A stretch of DNA of 24,000 bases from Bacillota bacterium (GCA_028280325.1 JANQLZ010000052.1:7751-31750); one strand, 5' to 3'. Shown: positions 9,436 to 16,524, numbered from the stretch's first letter. Program-made: numbers and translations. Notes: generated by a model from the sequence alone, not told the origin.

Positions 9436-10394
9436 GAAAAATAGAAAAGAGTAAATTCTATGGATTATGTTTACAAGGGAAAATCCATAAGGCAATAGCC
9501 TATTTGGAAAGCTTGCAACCTCAAACAGAAGAGGTGAAAGATTTAAAAACAAAGTACACAAGACGATTTCTACTAAGGCAGGAAGAGGTAATACCCAAAA
9601 CAGATGATCCATGGATTGAAATAGTTTTGTCATCTTATCGCAACTATTATTTAGCTGTATTAACTGGATATGATGTGAAGCTGGCTGAAGAACGATTAAT
9701 TGCAGAACTGTCATCATGTTTAGCTGGTTCTATCTATTATGCAATAGATGCAATTGAGAAAGAACTTAAATATAAATTCCAAGAAAAAGGTTATAGCTTC
9801 TTAGGTGGTGATACGTCGCCTTTTTATGGCCCATATATATGGAAGCATACGGAACAGAAATCTTACCAGGTAAAAATACCTGATGGAGTTCAAAAAGTCA
9901 ATGTTTTTTACATCTCCGATTTCCTGATGATCAGCTGGGCCTATTTTGCAACATTTGGAGTAGTCTATGCGGGCGGCTGGGCTAAAGAAGAGGGACTATA
10001 TTATGTTGTCAGAGAGGATACTGCAATCGATGATACTTCTGTAGACTTTGTAACATGTTTTCTTAAACATGAAGCACAACATCTTTATGATTTTAAACAT
10101 AACCCTTCACTAAAAGGCTATCAACTGGAATATAGAGCTAAACTGGTAGAGCTTATTTATTACCCCAATAATAAAAACTTGCTTGAGAAGTTTCATTTTG
10201 AGGCAGCAAATGATAGTGCTTTACCTCATTCCTATGCATCGCACCTAATTATGGAGGAGTATATAAAGAAGCTCAATATTCTTAATCCTATGAACTGGTG
10301 GCAATATTTTGAGGAGTCGGTGTTACGTCAAATAGCAGTTGAGTTATTTAAGGAGAGTTTGAATACTTTAACCGTGTCCACATCTGACATGTAA
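9432..10394 (+). CDS. Hypothetical protein with HExxH (gluzincin-like) metallopeptidase motif
   Basis: 320 aa. Start overlaps the upstream stop in ATGA (9432-9435). H213-E-A-Q-H217 (nt 10068-10082) with Glu residues at 233 and 240 as possible third ligands. Helical N-terminal half. Confidence 0.35.
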   Translation: MRKIEKSKFYGLCLQGKIHKAIAYLESLQPQTEEVKDLKTKYTRRFLLRQEEVIPKTDDPWIEIVLSSYRNYYLAVLTGYDVKLAEERLIAELSSCLAGSIYYAIDAIEKELKYKFQEKGYSFLGGDTSPFYGPYIWKHTEQKSYQVKIPDGVQKVNVFYISDFLMISWAYFATFGVVYAGGWAKEEGLYYVVREDTAIDDTSVDFVTCFLKHEAQHLYDFKHNPSLKGYQLEYRAKLVELIYYPNNKNLLEKFHFEAANDSALPHSYASHLIMEEYIKKLNILNPMNWWQYFEESVLRQIAVELFKESLNTLTVSTSDM

Positions 10395-10458
10395 CTGCAA
10401 GGAAGAAGTACCAAATCAGTATGTAAAACAACATAGCCAAACATTTAAAGGAGAGAAC

Positions 10459-11103
10459 ATGAAGCAATATATTAATCAGGTATCAGAGATTTGGGGTTTA
10501 GGCAGCATCACTGTTAAAAACCTCAGCTCTAAAGGACAAAGAGCAGTACATATAATTCAAACAGACGGTGGTAATTATATCCTGAAATTCTTCCCCCCAA
10601 AAATTAAAGAGAATTTAATTATTAAATATACAGAATCACTGCGGTACCTTAATACTAAAAATCCAAAATTAGCTCCAGAGATAATTGAAACATTTAACGG
10701 AGATTTATATTCAGAAATCAATGGCCAATTTGCATATCTGATGGAAAAAATAGCAGGAAGACCGCTTCAGGAGAATATTGAAGATGAGTACAGGCTGGGT
10801 CAGGCTTCCGCCCGACTACATCAATTTTCTGATTACAATATTCCCAGTTGTTTGGATATTGACAGTATAATATCAGACATGAAAACCAAGTTTGCAGAGT
10901 ACCAGTTTAAAAGTGAATACAATAAAATTATTGATTCATTACCTGATTTTAATAAGTTTAAACAGACCTTTATCCATACTGATATCGGGCCGCATAATGC
11001 CATGATAGCAGATAGTAATCAAGTAATATTTGTTGATTGGGATGATGCCGGTCAGGGTTCTCCTTATATCGATATTGGGTATCCACTGATTACCCAGTTA
11101 TGA
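10459..11103 (+). CDS. APH/choline-kinase-fold phosphotransferase, N-terminal and catalytic part of a split gene
   Basis: 214 aa. Catalytic loop FIHTDIGPHNAMI (HxDxxxxN) and metal-binding FVDWDDAG. Ends at TGA 11101-11103, right after the activation-segment region. SD aaaggagag. Confidence 0.65.
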   Translation: MKQYINQVSEIWGLGSITVKNLSSKGQRAVHIIQTDGGNYILKFFPPKIKENLIIKYTESLRYLNTKNPKLAPEIIETFNGDLYSEINGQFAYLMEKIAGRPLQENIEDEYRLGQASARLHQFSDYNIPSCLDIDSIISDMKTKFAEYQFKSEYNKIIDSLPDFNKFKQTFIHTDIGPHNAMIADSNQVIFVDWDDAGQGSPYIDIGYPLITQL

Positions 11104-11336
11104 ATAAGAGAACAAAAGAAATAAAATTTAAGCAAAATGTAGCAAAGGCCTTTTATCAGGGGTACAACTCAATTTTACCAATTAAGAAAGAGGAGCTGGA
11201 ATTAATTTATTATGGCGCAGTGTTTATGCAGCTCATGTATATGCCCTGCTTTGGAAATGATGCTGTAGAAGATATGTGGGCGATTCTGAAGTTTAGTATT
11301 GATAATAAGGGAATTCTGTTATCAGCTATTCCTTAA
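11100..11336 (+). CDS. C-terminal part of the same APH-fold phosphotransferase (other frame)
   Basis: 78 aa. FYQGYNSILPIKKEELELIYYGAVFMQLMY looks like the helical C-lobe of APH-type kinases. ATG 11100 overlaps the upstream TGA (ATGA). 214+78 aa approximates a full-length enzyme. Confidence 0.5.
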   Translation: MNKRTKEIKFKQNVAKAFYQGYNSILPIKKEELELIYYGAVFMQLMYMPCFGNDAVEDMWAILKFSIDNKGILLSAIP

Positions 11337-11417
11337 AAAAATATCGTAAGCAAGCTGTTGGGGAAATACGGTAAAGTGAATGATATTATCACCATGGATG
11401 AACCCTCCCACGGCTGA
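11331..11417 (+). pseudogene. Relic of a second RumA/RlmD-like methyltransferase gene
   Basis: 11346-11405 aligns codon for codon with rlmD 1841-1900: 48 of 60 nt by hand count. VSKLLGKYGKVNDIITMDEP versus VKKLLGKYGPVNEIITMDEP is 16 of 20 aa. No start codon, and a stop at 11415-11417. Confidence 0.65.
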
Positions 11418-11445
11418 TGCGTTACGTCATTTAGGAGTAGTCTTC

Positions 11446-11662
11446 CAATAAAAAATTAATTTGCTAAGCTTGATTACCATAATTATTCATTATCAATTGT
11501 TCATTGTTACTTCTTAATCTATGCCAGCTCATATGATGTTTGTAAATTTTTTGGCTAATTATTGATATCTCGGCATAATTCTGAATGGCAAAGTTTAAAG
11601 GAGGCGTTGAGGTGGTTAGCGTGCTTTCAATCCACTGTCACTTCCATAATTGCTCCAGCTGC
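11446..11662 (+). repeat. Left copy of an imperfect direct-repeat module (R1 11446-11529; X1 11530 to about 11625; degenerate R2 about 11639-11662)
   Basis: R1 versus R3 (14579-14648): about 61 of 72 aligned positions identical by eye, plus one 14-nt indel. X1/X2 share collinear anchors tatgatgtttgt (11532/14476), aattctg (11577/14515), ttgagg (11607/14544), ccataatt (11644/14609), ccagct (11655/14643). Confidence 0.6.
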
Positions 11663-11701
11663 GCATCACACGCTAAATATCCATTAGCTTATATTATGTG
11701 A
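11612..11701 (+). CDS. Possible 29-aa Cys/His-rich small ORF (MVSVLSIHCHFHNCSSCASHAKYPLAYIM)
   Basis: GTG 11612 is 7 nt after a strong SD AAAGGAGG (11597-11604). It lies inside the repeat module, so it could equally be a gene relic. Confidence 0.2.
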   Translation: MVSVLSIHCHFHNCSSCASHAKYPLAYIM

Positions 11702-11739
11702 ATCAGTTATTATAAAGAGAAAGGCATTTTATTAGTACG

Positions 11740-12432
11740 GTGACAAGGAATATGATGATAATTGATATGATGGTAAAATTAAGAGACTCAGGAATACTTG
11801 ATTTGCTGAGTATAGCACTTAGCACTTTAATTCCACTTATAATCTTGTATACAACGTTAAAACATAGTAAAGAGCAATTTGGTCTACAACTTAAACAACA
11901 ACTCAAAGAACATTTAGAAAATATAGAAAAAATGGAGTATCAACATAAAGAAATAATGCAACAACAATCTGAGTGCAATCGAATTGCTGCAATGCCCTAT
12001 TTAATAATAGACAAATCAGATATAACAATAAGCAAGGAAAATAATACTATATATTTTAATATTCCTTTTAAAAATATAGGTAATGGGACAGCTATCAAAT
12101 TAACTGGAAAGTATCTTTCCAATTTGTCTGAAGCTTATTTATCCCCTATGTGTGAAACATTATCTTCTGTTTACGGTTGTGCCAGTCCTTTTGATTATGA
12201 GACTGATGTTTTAAAAGCCAATGACATATCATATATCATGCTTTATCAGCTATTAATTAAACCTAACACTCCAGTAAATTGTGATGAGGTTACATTTAAA
12301 ATATTATTTAAAGACATGTATTATAATCAATATGAGCAGCAATTTATGTTCTTATTTAACAACAATACTTTAGATGGTAGCATTTATATTGATCGTGTCT
12401 CTGTAAAACCTCCTGAGGTGTGTGAAAAATGA
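11740..12432 (+). CDS. Hypothetical membrane-anchored protein (N-terminal TM helix, coiled-coil linker, beta-sandwich-like C-terminal domain)
   Basis: The ORF opens at GTG 11740; ATG 11752/11755 after aaggaa is a more likely start. Hydrophobic ILDLLSIALSTLIPLIILYTTL, then a Q/E/K-rich linker, then a beta-rich region with FKNIGNGTAIKL (NxGxGxA motif, as in CARDB-like beta-sandwiches). Confidence 0.5.
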   Translation: MTRNMMIIDMMVKLRDSGILDLLSIALSTLIPLIILYTTLKHSKEQFGLQLKQQLKEHLENIEKMEYQHKEIMQQQSECNRIAAMPYLIIDKSDITISKENNTIYFNIPFKNIGNGTAIKLTGKYLSNLSEAYLSPMCETLSSVYGCASPFDYETDVLKANDISYIMLYQLLIKPNTPVNCDEVTFKILFKDMYYNQYEQQFMFLFNNNTLDGSIYIDRVSVKPPEVCEK

Positions 12433-12705
12433 CTATGATACCTTTTTGTTTGCTTAAGGCATGTAGAGAACGGATGATTACATAATTATACCTTGTGGTG
12501 CCTTACGCCAAAATATTTAAAAACAGATATGTCTCTAAGTATTATTTTTGTGAATATTTTAACTATTGTTTTATTTTTTAGTGTTTTATTTTTGTATTCA
12601 GAAATCGTTACTACTCCTAAATCTAATACAATCCTGAAAGCCACGGCTTAATGGTGATAACACTGATAAATACTGTATTTATGAAATTGATTAGGGGGAA
12701 GATAC

Positions 12706-14271
12706 ATGCAAATAAAGTTAAGGAGCTATCAGATTGAGGCTGTTGAGAAGATTAATGCTTTCTTTTGGTCAGATGTTAATAAGGCCAAGATACATTTAGC
12801 TTCTGGTTTGGGAAAATCAAGTATTATTATATCTTCTATAGAAAGAATACTTGAAAAGAAAAAAAATGCTTTAATACTAATTCTATTCTCTAGGCGAGTT
12901 ATTTGTTATCAGTTTGAAGATGCAGTTAGAAAGGTATTATTGAATGTGCGGATTTCTAAAAACCTTAATGACTCAGAGTTTAGTAATGTTTGCATAACAA
13001 CATATCAAGCGTTCTATAGATTTAGACCAGAAAAGTTAGAAATTTTTGATTTGATTATTTGTGATGAAGCACATTTTTTAAAAAGTGAAAAACATAAAAT
13101 ACTCTTTGATAGTAGTCTAACGAAGTACTTAGGTATAATGAGTACCGAATCATATTCAGAAGGGTGGTTTAGAGATGTAAGGTGTATTTATGTGTACACA
13201 TTGAGAGAGGCATTTAATGATGGATATTTTGAGCACCCCAATGAAAGACAACTAGTTGAGAATTTTTTTGTACCACTATTATCAACACAGAGGTTTAAGA
13301 ATGTACAAACTGGAGTATTATTAAGTGATTATATAAAGGTTGATATGTCAGCAAACAAAGGAGAAGATATTTTTGTTTTTGAAGTAAAAGTTTATAGAGG
13401 ACTTTATAATCCACATAGTACAATAAATGCTGCATTAAACCAAATTATTAGCTATAAAGAAGCTTTAGATAGCCAACCACGATATAAAAAGATCTCATTT
13501 GTTATTATTCTTTTGTGTAAAGTAGAGGAATCTTTTATCCATGAGGTATTTGACAAGTATAAAATTACTATATGGGACATTAGTAATATAATATATCTCT
13601 GCAACAACAACAATGACCTTATAAACTCACTAAGCAAGTATTTACCGTATTCTATAATTGACATTAAAGGACAGGTACCAATAAACCTGAGTTATAATGT
13701 TGGTAAAAGGACTTCATATAAGACCAAAACTCCATTTGCTAAATTAGAATACTTTCAAAATAAGCTTGATGAATGCCAAAAAGGAAGAAATAGTGCTAGG
13801 ACTTATGAAATTATTTGTACAGAAATAGTAAATTATCTGTTCCACACAGAGTTTACACAAATATCTGAGCAACATAGAACAGGTGATGATATGTTCTGTA
13901 TGGATTTATTATGTGGATTGAAGGGTACAACAGAGTTCTGGAAATTCTTGATGCGTTTTTATAATACAAAGTTTATAGTCTTTGAGTACAAAAACTATTC
14001 TGATTATATTTCTCAAAATTTGATTTATACAACAGAAAAGTATTTATTTTCTATGTCTTTGAGAAATGTAGCATTCATAATATCAAGGCTTGGATTCAGT
14101 CCCAATGCGAAAAAAGCAGCTTTGGGATGTTTAAAGGAGCATGGTAAACTAATAATCAGTTTAAATGACGAAGACCTACTTAAAATGATAGCAATAAAGG
14201 TGAATGGTGAGGAGCCATCTGATTATCTCTTATATAAAGTGGAGAATTTATTAATGTCAGTAGATAAATAA
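12706..14271 (+). CDS. SF2 (ResIII-type) helicase N-lobe fused to two PD-(D/E)xK restriction-endonuclease-like modules
   Basis: 521 aa. LRSYQ (5-9), SGLGKS (33-38), ITTYQ (97-101), DEAH (120-123), MSTE (145-148); no helicase motifs IV-VI. D213...E226-V-K228 plus ITIWDISNIIYL. D400...E427-Y-K429. SD aggggga. Confidence 0.6.
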   Translation: MQIKLRSYQIEAVEKINAFFWSDVNKAKIHLASGLGKSSIIISSIERILEKKKNALILILFSRRVICYQFEDAVRKVLLNVRISKNLNDSEFSNVCITTYQAFYRFRPEKLEIFDLIICDEAHFLKSEKHKILFDSSLTKYLGIMSTESYSEGWFRDVRCIYVYTLREAFNDGYFEHPNERQLVENFFVPLLSTQRFKNVQTGVLLSDYIKVDMSANKGEDIFVFEVKVYRGLYNPHSTINAALNQIISYKEALDSQPRYKKISFVIILLCKVEESFIHEVFDKYKITIWDISNIIYLCNNNNDLINSLSKYLPYSIIDIKGQVPINLSYNVGKRTSYKTKTPFAKLEYFQNKLDECQKGRNSARTYEIICTEIVNYLFHTEFTQISEQHRTGDDMFCMDLLCGLKGTTEFWKFLMRFYNTKFIVFEYKNYSDYISQNLIYTTEKYLFSMSLRNVAFIISRLGFSPNAKKAALGCLKEHGKLIISLNDEDLLKMIAIKVNGEEPSDYLLYKVENLLMSVDK

Positions 14272-14473
14272 TTGTTAATTTACTATTGAAAAGTTATAGA
14301 TGGAGTCAAACTTACAGCTGAGATATGTTTTAATAAAAGCCTTTTCTTACAGCTTAATCAAGGTATAATCTCGAAGCAATGGTTTAATGCTAGTGTTTAG
14401 ATGGCTTTTTTTACTACAGATTGAATTTTATATCTTTGTAATACGTAACAATAATCAAAAACATATATCTATA

Positions 14474-14650
14474 TCTATGATGTTTGTGACTATAGTTACG
14501 CTTAATATAGCTTCAATTCTGTGAGCCATGGTATAAAGATGTTTTGAGGGTGTCTAGCAATTTATTTGCAGCTTATATCAATAAAAAATTAGTTGCCAAA
14601 CTAAATTACCATAATTGTTTATTATTACTTCTTAATTCTATACCAGCTTG
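14474..14650 (+). repeat. Right copy of the direct-repeat module (X2 14474 to about 14560; R3 14579-14648)
   Basis: See the left copy. Anchors occur in the same order and at similar spacing. Together the two copies bracket 11663-14473. Confidence 0.6.
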
Positions 14651-14769
14651 TGGTGGTCGATTTGCTAGCGAAAGAATAGGAAGCGTATATAGTGTTATAC
14701 TGGGTATAAATCAATGTATTCTTATTTAATAAGGGATGCTTGTATTGGATATAATTGGAGGCTTAAAAG

Positions 14770-15402
14770 ATGAATACTTTAACGGAGACTTTAGCACAAA
14801 TTAATAAAGCTAGCAAATTTGGTGATCTAAAAAAACTTGCCAAGGAAATTAAAAAAAACCATACTTTAGCCCTAAAACTTTGGGAAACTGGTCAGTACTA
14901 CCCCCGACTCTTAGCAGTATTAATCTTGGACCGAAAGTTAGTTGATCAGGTTTTTATGGATAAAATCGCTACTGATTTAAAAAACCAAAGAGTAGATGAA
15001 TGGAATCAGATATTAGATTGGTTATATGCTAATCAATTGAAGAAATCAAAAAAATTAATAGCTATGGTTGAAAAGTGGAGAACCTCCGAATCGCCAGTGT
15101 TAAGAAAGCTGTTCTGGACCCACCAGTACCGCATAAGGTGGACAGGTAAGACGGGGCATGATAATACGGATGAGATTATAGGTGTTATAGAAGAGACCAT
15201 CATGAGTGAAAGGCGTCTTATCCAAGAGACCATGGTTATGACAGCAGGTTGGATTGGTGTCTATAATTTGGCTTATAGAGACCGTTTGATTATTTTAGGT
15301 GAAGATACAGAGCTATTTAAGGATGTAGAGGTGCCACCGGGTTGTACATCATGGTATTTACCAGACTTTATTAGAACAGAAGCAGAAAAAAGAGGGCTCT
15401 AA
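14770..15402 (+). CDS. HEAT-repeat DNA alkylation repair protein (AlkD/AlkC-like, COG4912-type)
   Basis: 210 aa, all-helical. LALKLWETGQYYPRLLAVLILD, ESPVLRKLFW and IQETMVMTAGWIG resemble the repeat pattern of the DNA_alkylation family. SD ggagg. Confidence 0.5.
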   Translation: MNTLTETLAQINKASKFGDLKKLAKEIKKNHTLALKLWETGQYYPRLLAVLILDRKLVDQVFMDKIATDLKNQRVDEWNQILDWLYANQLKKSKKLIAMVEKWRTSESPVLRKLFWTHQYRIRWTGKTGHDNTDEIIGVIEETIMSERRLIQETMVMTAGWIGVYNLAYRDRLIILGEDTELFKDVEVPPGCTSWYLPDFIRTEAEKRGL

Positions 15403-15588
15403 TTTTAGTAATTTAATTATGGAGAAAGCCAAGGGCATCAGTACTGTTTATAAACTGCTTAAGGTATAGCGATCGGCGTATTTGCTACATCACTTGGTAG
15501 CTTTATTGCCTACTTAGCCATTGTTTTATGTCGAAATGAAGAAAAATATCTGACCAGGCCAGGTCTTAGCAAGATTTGTTAAGAAAGC

Positions 15589-15612
15589 AAGATTATTTTA
15601 ATATATAATCTT
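15589..15612. promoter_or_regulatory. Inverted repeat overlapping a -10-like element upstream of the AraC-family gene
   Basis: AAGATTAT-N8-ATAATCTT (8-bp arms) containing TATAAT (15604-15609). Preceded by a 9-bp direct repeat agcaagatt (15568-15576 and 15586-15594). Confidence 0.3.
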
Positions 15613-15614
15613 AC

Positions 15615-16487
15615 ATGACAGGAGGGGTCTATATTTTGGAAAAATTGGAATCTGTAATTAAGGCACTTAAATTCATCGACCATAATTTTCAAGAGGACCT
15701 GAGTTATATAACTATTGCTGAAAAATATAATATCTCACCATATTATTTCCATCGTATTTTTACCAAAATTGTTGGAAAAACAATAACGGATTTCATCAGA
15801 GAAAGGCGTCTTCAGGAGGCCGGCAGATATCTCTATAATACTGATCACTCAATTACTGAGATATGCTTTAACTGCGGCTTCTCATCTCATCAGTCATTTT
15901 CACGAATTTTCAAAAATTATTTTGGTGTTTCTCCTCGAGAGTACAGAAAGATGTTATATATCCCTTCGTCACAGTCTATTGAAGACATTATTGCAAATTT
16001 CCGAAACAAAACATTAGGGGGTATTAATATGGAACCGAGAATAATGGATCAGGGCAAATTAATTATTGCAGGTGTTTCTGGTGATGGCCGAAAAACTAAT
16101 GAGCTCTGGGAAGAGTTTATGAACTTAGCTGATGGGGTTAAGGGCAGAGTTTCTGATCATTACTATGAAGTGAGACTGAGTGGAGCAGGGATTAATGAGT
16201 GCTATATTGGCTTTAATGTCAAGCAAAAGGACAGTTTTGTTGGACATAAACGGATTGAATTACCCGCCTCCAAATATGCCTGTTTTGACATCTTTGTTGC
16301 GAAAGGCTTTGAAAGCAGTAATCAGGCAATTGAGCAATGGTTGGAAAAGCATAAAGACCGTTATGCTGAGAGGCTTTTCGAGAACGGAGCGCATTACGCG
16401 GTAGAGTACTATGATGAAAGATTTAAAGGCAACAGTGAAGAATCAATTGTTGAAATATGGATTCCAATAATTGATGTGAAAAAATAG
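15615..16487 (+). CDS. AraC-family transcriptional regulator with GyrI-like effector-binding domain
   Basis: Two HTH units (ITIAEKYNISPYYFHRIF; ITEICFNCGFSSHQSFSRIFKNYFGVSPREYRK), then a GyrI-like domain ending VEIWIPI. The true start may be TTG 15636, 11 nt after SD AGGAGG (15619-15624). Confidence 0.85.
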   Translation: MTGGVYILEKLESVIKALKFIDHNFQEDLSYITIAEKYNISPYYFHRIFTKIVGKTITDFIRERRLQEAGRYLYNTDHSITEICFNCGFSSHQSFSRIFKNYFGVSPREYRKMLYIPSSQSIEDIIANFRNKTLGGINMEPRIMDQGKLIIAGVSGDGRKTNELWEEFMNLADGVKGRVSDHYYEVRLSGAGINECYIGFNVKQKDSFVGHKRIELPASKYACFDIFVAKGFESSNQAIEQWLEKHKDRYAERLFENGAHYAVEYYDERFKGNSEESIVEIWIPIIDVKK

Positions 16488-16524
16488 AGATCTATATGCT
16501 GGGCAAATTCACCTTCTATAATAT

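Noticed and set aside
11090-11110. Programmed -1 ribosomal frameshift joining the two kinase ORFs.
   Set aside because: No slippery heptamer and no obvious downstream stem-loop. A mutational frameshift or simple re-initiation is more parsimonious.
14544-14729. 61-aa track ORF (MRVSSNLFAAYINKK...).
   Set aside because: It has a TTG start without an SD, runs through the R3 repeat copy, and has a hydrophobic, low-complexity translation. It is kept only as a homology partner of the small ORF at 11612, not as a gene.
15419-15582. Small ORF MEKAKGISTVYKLLKV (15419-15469), plus an adjacent out-of-frame hydrophobic segment GIAIGVFATSLGSFIAYLAIVLCRNEEK... (15463-15582), considered as a frameshifted small membrane protein.
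   Set aside because: No SD, the second part has no start codon, and there is no recognisable family. It is possibly a gene remnant but is not supportable as a feature.
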